Assembly: GCA_026914245.1 (NCBI GenBank)
Contig: CP110439.1
Location: 2,790,001 to 2,854,000, forward strand
DNA from: Puccinia triticina
Lineage: Eukaryota
Reading direction: 5' to 3'
Length of the DNA stretch: 64,000 nt
The notes beneath the pieces are model-generated. The model saw only the letters and a list, made by a program, of their open reading frames with translations. It did no database searches and was not told the DNA's origin. Positions 26,920 through 38,557 of this stretch are shown here, in pieces; the first letter of the stretch is position 1; every line of letters starts with the position of its first letter. The position numbers and the translations under genes were made by a program.

Positions 26920-27645
26920 GAGGGGGGACGCCGTCCCGCAGGGACCCTCTGGAGGAGGGACTTATGCGCTATGTCGCCCCTCTTGCCTGAGAGCATCAGG
27001 AAAATTGAGCTTTTTTTCAATCTGCTGTACAGCTGCCATCTCTTATTGGGTGACTACAAAGTCAGCCAACAAAATGAGGGGCTTATCCAGGAGAATCTCT
27101 GTGTCTCCTTCTTGAACTTGTGAGGGCCTTCAATGTTTGGTTAATTGTGTGTTTTCCAATTTTGTTCGTCCAAAGAGACTGAAACAACAAATCCTGTGTC
27201 AACTGCCACATCTCATGGAAAAAAGATTCCGCATGAAATACAGCAGTTGAAATGATTAATCAAAAAGCGTAAAGAACCATTGCTACTTAAATGTTGATAC
27301 ACACTCATGGGCTACAGTCATTGAAACAGCATAGTATTTTTCAGCACTGAATACAGTTTGAATGTGTGGAAGTGCCTGGAATTCAAGTGTAACAAGAGGA
27401 AATAAAAAATCTACACATCAGGATAGTGAAGGCAGCTGATGGGATGGAGACAAAAAAAATAGTAGGTACATGGGGACCGCTTGCGTGGTCCCAGAAATGA
27501 AAACTAGAAGGAAAAGCGTCCAGAGACGAGTGCGTGAGGTTGATTATGAAAAAATGCCCACCAAAAGCTGAAATGCTCTCAGGCCACAGAGTCGACTTAG
27601 CACGTAAGTCCCTCCTTTGGAGGTCGCTGCGCTCCCCCAAGGAGG
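26920..27645. repeat. Inverted-repeat element (MITE-like)
   Basis: GGAGGGACTTATGCGCTATGTCG...CCTGAGAGCAT near 26955-26997 is inverted at ~27572-27616. Ends not resolved. Confidence 0.5.
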
Positions 27646-27779
27646 GAAATTAGCTAAGTTAGGGCAGTAAGCAAGGCTGCCAAGGCACAACAACGACGAC
27701 GCCGCAGGGAAATTAAAGCCCAGGAATCTCAACAAGACACAAAATCCAATCTATTAAAATCCAAACCAACCTGTAAACT

Positions 27780-28977
27780 GAAATGCAAGACCGCTGGCCA
27801 ACACTTGAACAACAATGACGAGATCCAATGCTTAGCTTACAATGAAGATGAAGAGATACAATGCTTAAACCAAGATGAAGACAACAAGATACAATGCTTA
27901 ACTGGAGATGATGACGACAAGATTGAATGCTTAACCAACAATGACGAAGCAACAACGTTTCTTAAAATCCGGGAAGTCACATTATCAGCAACCGGTTCCC
28001 AGTCCAAATCCTTTATCTCAAAGACTAGTACCACCCGCTCTTCCAAGACAGACTAAACATGACTGGAAGAAAAAGAGAATCAAAGCACTTGGCCCAAATA
28101 ACAACATGCTGCAAAACTATCTTATTCAAAATGCACCAATTGTTGAAAAAAGCGACCCACATCCAAACCTTGAATGCGCAACACTCAAGAATCCTTTGAT
28201 TCAGCCCCCAGCTCCAGACCCAAAATAGGCCAATACAGCCGATCTTTGTCTTACTGAAATTCAGAAAGCATATCTCTCAGCTCCACAGGCTCCAATAACC
28301 AATGAAAAGTCCAAGAAAGCTTGGGAGAGATGGGAGGATCTCAACACTGCAATCACTACTGTCACGGCGCTGCTCAAACACAAAGCTAAGAAAGATAAGA
28401 AATTTAAGTTTCCTCACTCAATGCTGGATAATCTGAAAGAGTTCAACTCTCTTTGATTCAAATTTACCGTGTCTGGAGCTGAACTACCTTCCAAAGCTGC
28501 ATCTCTTGCCACTGCTCAGAGCTCCATACGACAAACCTCTCAATAGAACCAGCCACAGAACAAACGAAGTGGGATTTACCTTGCAAGGGCGATTGCAAGG
28601 CAAGCTCGCCACATTTTCAGTCACTGCGAGCTTCTTCTGCCCAAGCATGGAAATCATACAAACCACAAATCTCTGCTGAACAATGCCAAACTACAAGAAT
28701 CTCTCTTCAAATGGGCTGCTTTGCAAGTCCCTGGGGTGGTGAGCATTCAAATTTTTCATTTTTCACTCATGCACCATTTAGATTGACAACTGAACAAGAA
28801 TTGATGCATGATTGTAAAGGTTACTCCGATCACCTTCCAATCCCATGTGGTGAATGAGATTTTGCCACAGGTTGGGATTGATAGGACCATCAGCTGAGGA
28901 TGCGCAACCCAATGGATGTACAAGCTGGGATTTTGCTCTCAAGTGCACAAGAAGTGCCTCTATTTTGATGGTCACAA
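27780..28977 (+). pseudogene. N-terminal fragment of a fungal Tc1/IS630-related (possibly Sagan-like) transposase
   Basis: SGIYLARAIARQARH..HKSLLNN..LFKW, then an intron, then VTPITFQSHVVNEILP..WMYKLGF..HKKCLYFDGH, where it is cut by an LTR. Has 33-bp DDEIQCL-type repeats at ~27810-27950. Family name from motif recall only. Confidence 0.6.
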
Positions 28978-29901
28978 TGTAAGACTAAAAAGTGATTGTG
29001 AAACCCTTTTGCTGAATGGAGAAGGGGATGATGGAGGTGCAAACTCTGCCCTTCTATACTATCAGATAACAGACCCACCAAGCTAAGCTTGGCAAGTTTT
29101 AATCAAGTGATAGGTCTGGTCTATTTCCAGATGAAGTTGTTTGATGACAGGTATGTGAGAGTTGAGAGTGAGTTCAGTACTTATTTGCAAATATAAGGGT
29201 TGTAGTGATGTGTGGTGGTGATGGTAAGTGTGAAGGGTGGTATGTAAATAACTGGGGAATACTGAGCTGAGGAGCTGAAAACTGGGGAGGAGAGAGCTCC
29301 TTATATAGACAAAAGTGGATCCCCAGAGGGCTTGTGGGTTAGGGTTTCAACTAATCTAGACAATAGTGTGAGGGATTTTAGCTGGTGGGAGTAGATACAA
29401 ATGATGTCATAATATGTCAAAAGTACATAAATGATGTCAGAAGAATGCAGTAGGGCCGCATGAAGGCTGCATAAAGTGACAGTAGACTGCATGAGTTGAC
29501 AAGTGGATGCAGGGGGTGCATAAATGAAGTCTGAGGCTGCAGAGTCAGTGTGTGATGACATCATAATATGAAAATAGAAGAGTACTTGATAATATGTAAT
29601 GACTGTATTCTGATGGGGAGATGTATGTTTGTATCCTGTGATGTGTATAAGCATAATTTTGTGATCCTTGCTTGTGACAGGTTAGTGACTGGGTATGTTG
29701 AACGTGTGATGGGTGTCCAGTGTCCAAAGAAGTGTAGGTTCCAATCCAGCGGGGTTCAGGTGATGCTTCCAGTGGTGACTAGGGGTAAAATTGGCCGTAG
29801 AATCAATTTCTGAGGTCTGTTTGATGGTATCTTGAGGCGTATTGTGAGTAAATATATGTATGAGAAAAAACTTTTGATTTTTCACTTTTCCGTCTACCAC
29901 A
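28978..29901 (-). mobile_element. 3' LTR (family 1) of a truncated LTR retrotransposon
   Basis: TGTGGTAG...CTTACA on the minus strand, preceded by the polypurine tract GGGGGAGGA (29902-29910). Homologous to 35416-36342. Confidence 0.85.
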
Positions 29902-31345
29902 TCCTCCCCCAACTTATTGTCTGTCCCCAGACAATTTTGCCGTGAAAAAGTGCCGTGTCTTGACTTTTGAGAATTCATGGCTTGAGTTTTTATCAGGTGA
30001 GTTGAGGTATCTTTGGGAACTTGGTTGTTGGATGTCCTCTGGGTACTGTGTTGGAGAGGCTGAGTGGGGTGAAATGGTGTCAAAAAATTGATTTTTGTCA
30101 ATTTTATGATTTTTCCTGACAAGGAAATTTTGACGGTTCTGGGAGTCAAAGCGCTGCGCGCAGTCCGCAGGTGCGCAGTAGTTGACGCTGTATTGCTGTA
30201 TTGTCAGTTCGCGCAGGAGCTCTAGAGTGCGCGCAAATCCCGGTTATCGAGTAGTGATCTGGGACCCGTGGACTGTCCCTGACCAATTAGCTAGACAGGC
30301 TTGTGTGCCCGGGTGTGCTTTACTGATCACACCCGCCTGTTCATGTCTCTGAAGCTTGTCCGGGGTCCGAGTAGTGTGTATGCCCCTACCCCGGTACGGG
30401 GGGTATGTGTATAGATATGGCCGTACCTTCTTCGGAGGGTCCGAGTGCGTATGGGTTTGGGGTTCAAGGCCCATACACAACTTCTCTGATCTTCCAATCC
30501 CTTCTGATATGTCACTGTCGCCAATGGTCAACCGCTGGTGGCCTTGAGGTCTTGCCCGAGTCGCATCAACACAACTAGCCTGAACCCCGCGCTACATACC
30601 ACCCGCACCACCAAGTTTGAAAGGTCTTTGGGATTCTGGTTGGCTTTCTTTTGCTGAAAAGGTTTTTTTCCAGCCTGCGATGTACATAGCTGCCGGTCCT
30701 GGCCGTGTTTTCCATTCCTGTCCCGGTATGGATATGGTGTACCCCATAGGGGGTATGGGTATAAGCCAACGTCTTTGACCACCTTCCGATCCCGCCAACC
30801 TCAACCAACTTGATCCTTGATCTGCAGTATTAACACCCCACCAGCGCCACCTGTCGTCGCCTGTTGAGCAAGCTGGTTCCTCTTATTTTTTCCGCGCGGT
30901 TGATATCAAATGCGCACTGGGTTGACATCCATCGGACACTCCAGCCAGAGTGTCTAATGGATTTTGACTCTCAGGATCTCCAGCAATCACTCCAGCCAGA
31001 GTGTCCAATGGATTTGACCCTCAGGATGTCCAGATGATGTCTTTGAGGGCTGAACATCACTTGGATGCATCCAAAAGCGTCCAAGTGATGCTCAGTGCAC
31101 CTGGCATCTGCTGGATGCTACCCGGACATCATGCGGATGCTTTTCAGACCAAAGCATCTGCGGGATGTCAGCCTTTTCCAAAAAGACGCCCTGTGGTGTA
31201 AATGAGGTGTTATACCCCAAGCACCCCCGGTTATAAGTGGCGTGATTTATAACCAAAATTGGGGCGTCCAAACGGGGCCTAAATCATCATGTTGCACCAG
31301 GAAAAATAAATTGTCACCAGACATAAGGTGACATTGAGCAACAAT

Positions 31346-31548
31346 AGGGGGGTTCACAATAGGATTTTAATAAAACTTAAGAGCCCATTTTAAGGACTTT
31401 GTGAACCAATTTTTAGAAAACATAGAAGTTGTTCTGATTGCAAAGGAACACCCAAATGTGAACAGCTTAAAAAATTTCCAAAACAAGGTTCATAAAGGCC
31501 TTAAAATGAGCTTTAAAATTTTATTAAAATCCTATTGTGAACCCCCCT
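31346..31548. mobile_element. MITE with AGGGGGGTTCACAATAGG TIR
   Basis: Perfect TIRs flanked by AAT on both sides (alternatively read as a TA TSD). Confidence 0.85.
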
Positions 31549-31840
31549 AATGGCTGTCACTTTTTTCCGGCTCTGTTGCTACCAAATCCAGGCTACAATG
31601 GCCCCTTTGTATTGAAGGATTTCAAAGGACTAAGATAGTATTACTTCTTGTTAGACTTTATAAACTTGTAGTTACAAATATATGCAAAATATGTAATAAT
31701 GAAACCTCTTTTACCTACAAGCAGAAACACAGCCACTCTCTACTGATGAAATAAAGATTGGAATCTAAGTATGTGAAAGAAAAGAAAAACCACAATTGTT
31801 TCTTTGGATTGGGACAATCTGATTAAATGAGAGAAGCTTA

Positions 31841-32484
31841 GGACCCATTTGGCTGCCGCGTTATACATCATAAATGGTTGAATTTATGATGTGCAACCCA
31901 AAGTTTGCCCCCTGTTGGCAACAGTGGGCCGCTACGCTAAACTACGCTATTTTAGCCCTAAAGTTTAGCGTAGCGGCAAAAAGGGCCAACCTTTTTTGAA
32001 TAGCGTTAGCGCACTGTTAGCGCTGCTACGCTTCGCTAATTTTCAGCGGCGCTAACAGCATACCAATTTTTGTTCAGCGTTAGCGCTGCGCTACAGCCGC
32101 TACGCTACGCTACGTTGCGCTAAGGCGCTTTTAGCGGAAAAAAGGCACTTTTTTGCCGCAAAAAACGCTTTAGCGCAGCATAGCGCGCGCTCTTTTGCGC
32201 TTTGCGTGCTTAGCGTTAGCGCAATTGCGCGCATCTGCGCTAACACTACGCTAAAAGCTAAAATAGCTTTGCATCCTTTGCGCGTAGCGTTAGCGCAGAT
32301 GCGCGCAATTGTGCTAATGCTACGCTAAAAAATAGCGCATTTGCGCTGCGCTACGCTACGCTAACAGCTATGTTAGCGTAGCTGACCCACTGTTGCTGTT
32401 GCCACCAAAACTTTGAAACCACCTGGGTTTGCGCATCATAAATTGGACCATTTATGACATATAACATGGCAGCCAAACAGGGCC
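31841..32484. mobile_element. Tourist MITE with a nested insertion
   Basis: GGACCCATTTGGCTGCC / GGCAGCCAAACAGGGCC with TTA TSD. An uninterrupted relative is at 46236-46395. Confidence 0.85.
31919..32395. mobile_element. MITE rich in GCTAC/TAGCG motifs, 7-bp TSD
   Basis: CAACAGTGGG...CCCACTGTTG with flanks CTGTTGG / CTGTTGC. Absent from the related Tourist copy at 46236. Confidence 0.8.
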
Positions 32485-33230
32485 TTAGTGTAAGTCTTTG
32501 CTCTCATCTCTCTGCTATACATTCTAGTCTTTCTTACTTGGATAAAGACTTTGACTTTTTACATTCTGTTTTGTTTAGCAACAGCAAAACGGCAAAAAAT
32601 TATTGCAATGTTATTTACAGCAGTTTAAATTTGCTTGAGCTTCAGCCTTTTGTTTTACTTTGTCTGTTCTGAACACAAACACTCTTACTGGTGCTATTTT
32701 CAACTCTTTGAGCGGACTTGGTGTGTTTGGTCTGCTCTTCTTTGTGTGCTTCTAGAAGATATTTGGATAGTTCATTGGCAAATATCTGGTCATCTATCCT
32801 TGAGCAGAGTTGTAATTAAACCGCTTACCTTTGGCACTTGTAGTAATTCTCTTGGATAGATATTGGGAGACAGAATTTTCCTTGAGCCTGATTTTGCTTC
32901 TCACATGAATTGGAACTGTTTGCTGTGAAAATCTAAACCTAGGTGAACGGCATCAATCTCATAAAATGAGAAAGATGCCAGGATATGAAACAGCTGCAGA
33001 AAATGGTAAGCAAAGCAAACCACTTCTGCAGTCCAGATCAGCGCTGCGGGGTTCTAAAACTGAAAACATCTTTCTGATGCAAGCAGGTCTGACCACCATT
33101 GTAAGACTCAAAAGTGGTTGTGAAACCCTTTTGCTGAATGGAGAAGGGGATGGTGGAGTTGCAAGCTCTGCCCTTCTAACTACCAGATAACAAGACCCAC
33201 CAATGTAAGATTGGCAAGTTTTAATCACGT

Positions 33231-34940
33231 TGTGAGAATAAGAGCTGGTATGTTGGTAGAAATGTCTGCTAACCGCCCTCTTCAAGAATATATGTGTCTG
33301 GGCTGTGTGATTATTGGTGACTAGGCTCCGCACTACTGCTAGCCACTAGCCTTCAGAGCTCCTCCCTGAGCCTGATCTATAGCGTAAAAATCTGCAAGTG
33401 AATAAAGCTCCGCACTCTGCAAGCACAGAATCAGCAAGTAACTCCGTAAGTAAAGATAAGGTCACGTATAACTCTCCTAATACTCTAGTACGTCCGTAAG
33501 TGTAAGTACAATAATGAGTAACCCGTAACATGATAGGATAATAGGATACAGGAAAGAGAAGAGAAACAGTGAGCCTTGCCCCATACTTCCCTCCACGCAT
33601 GTCACCTTTCCCACCCAATCCCGCAGATCCAACACTTTCCCGCACTAGTCCTTCAGCTCTGCCTGCTTTCCGCACTTCATTGTCCCAGACTCCGCTCCTC
33701 TCCAACGCTTGCCCTCCCACCATCCTCTATCTAGCCCCCGCCAGTCAGTCTCTCACCATCGCCTCAACCCCGGTTCCACCCACTGGTGGAACCTGCTTCT
33801 GCTGCCGCGCCGCTGCTTCCAGTCCACGTGTGTAGCTCGCTGCAGTCCAGATGTGTGTAGTCCGCCGCAGTCCAGCCCTGTCTTTCCGCTCCAGTCTGAA
33901 TACCCAATCCAAGATCCATGCATTCCATCCGCGCGCGACTTTCTGTAAGCTTTCTTAACGCTGTGGTGATTTAAATAGGTAAGCGTGGTAGAATGTCCAC
34001 GCAGGGGATAGCGCGGGCGGGAATGTACAGAGTGGCTCAGGCAGAGTGCATTCGGGTGACATAAGCACTGAGGATGACGTCAGAAAAGCACGCTAGGAAA
34101 GCTTACGGAAAGTCACACGTGGGCCGGAATGCACGGATTGCAGATTGGGTATTCGGATTGGATTGGAAAAGACAGGGCTGGACTGCGGCGGACTACACAC
34201 ATGGACTGGTAGCAGCGGCGCACCAGCGGGTGAGCCACAACAGCTGAAGCGGGTGGAACCGGGGTGGAGGCAGTGGTGAGAGACCAACTTGCGGGGGCTA
34301 GACAGAGGACGGTGGGAGGTCAAGCGTCGGAGATGAGCGGAGTCTGGGAGAGCAACAAGCGGAAGTGCGGGCGGAGCTGGAGGACTAGTGCGGGAAAATG
34401 TCAGATGTGCGTGATTGGGTGGGAACGGCAATGTGCGTGGAGGGAAGGACAGGAAAAGGGGGCTCATGGACTTTTTCTCTTCTATTCCTTATCCTATTAT
34501 TCTATCATCTTACGGATTACTCACTATTGTGCTTACAACTTATGGACGTACAAGAGTTATAGGAGATATATTCGTGACCTTATCTTTACTTTCAGAGCTA
34601 CTTGCGGATTCTGTGCTTACAGAGTGCGGAGCTTTATTCACTTGCGGATTATTACGCTATAGATCAGGCTCAGAGAGGAGCGCTGAAGGCTAGCGGATAG
34701 TAGCAGTGCGGAGCTGAGTAACTGAAAATCACACAGCCCGGACACTAATAATCTTGAAGAAGGCGCTCAGCGGACATTTTCCACCAACTAACCAGCTTTC
34801 ATTCTCACAATGTGCTTTTCTGACATCATCCTCAGTGCTTATGTCACCGGAATGCACTCTGCCTGAGCCGCTCTGTGCATTCCCACCCGCGCTATCTCCA
34901 AGTGGACATTCTACCACACATGCTTATATAAATCACCACA
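33231..34940. mobile_element. Solo LTR (family 2), interrupted
   Basis: TGTGAGAAT...AAATCACCACA as at 48689-49532, with flanks ACGT/ACAT. Confidence 0.85.
33962..34809. mobile_element. Solo LTR (family 2) inserted in inverted orientation into another copy
   Basis: TGTGGTGATTT...ATTCTCACA is the reverse complement of family 2, with flanks ACGC/ATGT. Confidence 0.85.
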
Positions 34941-35415
34941 ACATGATAGGATTGTTCAGTTCAGGATGATGTTGTTTGATCAATATGTGTATAGAGTTTT
35001 AATGAGTGTTGGTGATGAAGATGTGAAGAGGGGGAATTAAACTGAGGTTGGGTGAGTTATTTTTATGAATGACAAGAATGGGGATGGAACCCGCATTGGC
35101 TCAGGTGAGGTGTGAAGAGTGTGGGAGCACTATGCTTCAACCAGGATTGAAACCAGGACATGGTACTGGCACGTTATATTGATGATGAGAAAAATGTGTT
35201 AGGCTTTTATTGTAATTGTAAGGGTAATGATTCAAAATTGTAGGTAGTATATAATTGGGAGTGATGTGGTGTGATATGGTGTGATGTGGGGGGAATTGCC
35301 AGCATGGGGAACAAATATTTGGCAGAAGAGAGGCCTCCTTTTGTACCAGTGGGTGAGGGATTTTAGCTCCAGGGGAAAATGCTTTGGTGGGCTAAGAGCA
35401 TCTCCAACAGAGCGG

Positions 35416-36220
35416 TGTGGTAGACGGAAAAGTGAAAAATCAAAAGTTTTTTCTCATACATATATTTACTCACAATACGCCTCAAGATACCATCAAACAG
35501 ACCTCAGAAATAGATTCTACGGCCAATTTTACCCCCAGTCACCACTGGAAGCATCACCTGAACCCCACTGGATTGGAACCTACACTTCTTTGGACACTGG
35601 ACACCCATCACACGTTCAACATACCCAGTCACCAGCCTGTCACAAGCCTCAAGTCAAAGATCACAGCATTATGCTTATACACATCACAGGATACAAACAC
35701 ACATCTCCCCATCAGACTACAGTCATTACATATTATCAAGTACTCTTCTATTTCCATATTATGATGTCATCACACACTGACTCTGCAGCCTCAGACTTCA
35801 TTTATGCACCCCCTGCATCCACCTGTCAACCCATGCAGTCTACTGTCACTTTACGCAGCCTTCATGCGGCCCTACTGCATTCTTATGACATCATTTATGT
35901 ACCCCTGACACATTATGACATCATTTGTATCTACTCTCACCAGCTAAAATCCCTCACCCTGTTGTCTAGATTAGTTGAAACCCTAACCCACAAGCCCTCT
36001 GGGAATCCACTTTTGTCTATATAAGGAGCTCCCTCCTCCCCAGTTGTCAGCTCCTCAGTTCATCACTCACCAATTACAGTCACCCCAACATTTACATTTA
36101 CCACCTTACATATACTTAACAACCTACATACATAACAACCCTTACATTAACAATAACAGCAATTTATTCAGTGTCATCAACAAGCTCATCTTGAACCAAC
36201 CAACCCTATCACTTCATTAA

Positions 36221-36252
<32 letters not shown>

Positions 36253-36342
36253 ACCTGATAGTATAGAAGGGCAGAGTTTGAACCTCCATCATCCCCTTCT
36301 CCATTCAGCAAAACGTTCTCAGGAACACTTTTGAGTCTTACA
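35416..36342 (+). mobile_element. Solo LTR (family 1)
   Basis: TGTGGTAG...GTCTTACA with GCGG on both flanks. Homologous to 28978-29901. Confidence 0.88.
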
Positions 36343-38260
36343 GCGGCTGGTGCACAAACTGAGTCCAAATTTGGCGGCATGGAAGCAATTTTTGGCCTCC
36401 AGCAGAGCCGCTGTGGAAACTCCTTTGGGATGGGTTGGCATTCCTTTGAGGGAGAAATAAAAATATGATATTCCAGCTCAGTAATACTACTGTTAGGGGT
36501 GGTTTGAAATACCTGCCCCTCTATTAGACTACACAGAATTCTGACATAAAATTTATTTATTGTTGTGGTGTGACTTTATCATGGAGAAAACTTGTATATA
36601 GTAGTCTCTATCAGACCTAGATTAGTTTTTATCAAGTACAAGATGCTCATACAACCTCTATATGGAGAGATGGGAAAAGAATATCACCAAGTTAGGATAT
36701 TTTTTGTTGGGTTTTATGGTTTTAGCAGATAGAAGTGATGGTGGAGTGTCATATGAGATTTCTCTGTTGATGTTTGATGACCACTGAACTGGAGTGTCTC
36801 CGTGATGATGGTAAAATGATGACTGTTTGACCACTGAGCTGGGGTTCCCGGGTGATGATGGTGAAATGGTGGGAGAGGGGCCTCCCTTATATATTCTTTT
36901 CTGAGTTATTTTTGCTGGTGAGGGCTGCACTTGAGGCATTTCTGCTGGTGGTCACCCTGTGGATTGCACTGCCTTCTGCAAGGGGCGCATAACTTGAACT
37001 GATTTTCTGCATGATAATGTGCTCTTTGTACTCTTGAATGCAAGGGACTCCTAGGTTGGTTGCACTGCCAAGTGGAGGTGTTCTGACCGCATAAATTGAT
37101 AGAAGGTCTGTGTGGATCTGTTGAGTTGTTGAGTGGAGGCCTAGTTGCTGCAGTTACCAACGTGCAGGTTGCATGAGGTGATCTGTAGCTAATATTGGAG
37201 GCCTGCCTAACTAGTAAATCTAATTTTGCTCTTATATATATATACATGCTTTTATTATTTGTATGACTTTCTACCTAAATATGAACTATACTAAACCAAC
37301 AATTGTAAATACCTTATAAACTAACAGAGCTAGCTGGGTAGTTGAAGTACTGTGAGCAGCAAGATTCAGCTGAAGGAAAATCCCAAAGCACAACCACTGT
37401 CCAAGAGGATTACAACCATTACCACAGGTAAGTGGCTTAACCTAAATCAAAGGCAGAGGCTCAGATATGTTGCTAACACACATTTTTTCCAGGCAAAGCC
37501 AAGGAGAAAAAGACCAAACAACCCTAATACACTCAAAGAGCTGGTGAACCAACTGGTAAGTGTTTGTGTTAGAAGCAGCGGAAGTGAAACAAAAGGCTGA
37601 GAGAAAAGTTAAGCTTTTTCAGATAATGTTGCAACTCCTCTCAGCCGTTTTGCAAAAGCAAGATAAGCTTTGGAAGGAACAAGGGCTAAGACCACATTTG
37701 AGTAAGGAACAAAGGTTCTGATAACAGAGAAGAATGATGAGACAACTAACATCAATCCCATTGAATTACATTAGACCAAATTGAGCATTGAATCTCATTG
37801 ATTCCAATCTCACATCTTTTCACATTCTCATCTCTCTCATCAGTAGAGCGCGTTCTTTGTTCTGCTCTTAGTTAAAACTCAAATTTCACTCAGTTACTAT
37901 TAGAATATTGTATTTAGAATCATAGGAGAATCTCACAATAAGAAATCTTAGTTCTCTGAAATTTTTCATTTACATCAAAACATGATTTCAGTTTTACAAT
38001 CCCGGGGCACTGATTCTGACTGCGGAAAATGGTTTGCTTTGCTTACCAGATTCCGCAGCTGATTGAGATCCCAAAATCTTTCTCAATTTATGAGAAAGGG
38101 GGATGTCAATGCAGCCAACTTTGCAAATGGTGGGTAGCTCATTGTACTCAGGCTGATTTCACCTGTAGTCCAGTGACAGTTTATTCTTCCTGGTGTTGTG
38201 CCAAGAAAATTGCCACTCTCACATTTGTAGAGGTAGTATATGTTGGTACACCTCACACCT

Positions 38261-38332
38261 GTGGATATAGCTCAACAGTAGAGCAACCCAGCATGCATTG
38301 GGGAGATGCGGGTTCGATTCCCCCTGTCCGCA
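38261..38332 (+). ncRNA. tRNA-like sequence (TGC at the anticodon position) in the 5' LTR
   Basis: A box TAGCTCAACAG, B box GGTTCGATTCC, acceptor GTGGATA/TGTCCGC-A. Non-canonical anticodon loop, so probably a Pol III promoter module and not a working tRNA. Confidence 0.7.
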
Positions 38333-38485
38333 CTATTCCTTTTACTCGCTCTACAGGTTATGAGCCCAGCGCTATAGGCAGCTGCGTACCTGGGATGAGC
38401 CTCTGGGAGGATTAGTGGGCTCTGTCACCGGTGTAGGTGTACAGGGGGTGTGTAGAGGTAGTATATGTTGGTACACCTCACACCT

Positions 38486-38557
38486 GTGGATATAGCTCAA
38501 CAGTAGAGCAACCCAGCATGCATTGGGGAGATGCGGGTTCGATTCCCCCTGTCCGCA
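38486..38557 (+). ncRNA. tRNA-like sequence in the 3' LTR (identical copy)
   Basis: Identical to 38261-38332. Confidence 0.7.

Larger units (their letters stand above)
20807..31198. mobile_element. Composite TIR element with CACCAC ends and TA flanks
   Basis: About 150 bp from TA|CACCACGGGGCG aligns with the reverse complement of the segment ending CGCCCTGTGGTG|TA at 31198. A second right-type end (GCCCGTGGTG|TA) is at 26573. Confidence 0.6.
33100..35030 (-). mobile_element. Family-1-related LTR end carrying two nested family-2 LTRs
   Basis: TGTAAGACTCAAAAGTG at 33100 matches 28978, and homology resumes after 34944. The far boundary is not resolved. Confidence 0.7.

Noticed and set aside
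29301..36024. Duplicated ORF MLIHITGYKHTSPHQ (29301-29654 and 35281-36024)
   Set aside because: Both lie in family-1 LTR copies, so the similarity reflects the repeat and not coding constraint.
38261..38557. Tandem pair of genuine tRNA-Ala genes
   Set aside because: The anticodon loop lacks U33, the T stem is mismatched, and both copies lie in LTRs with primer site, purine tract and TSD.
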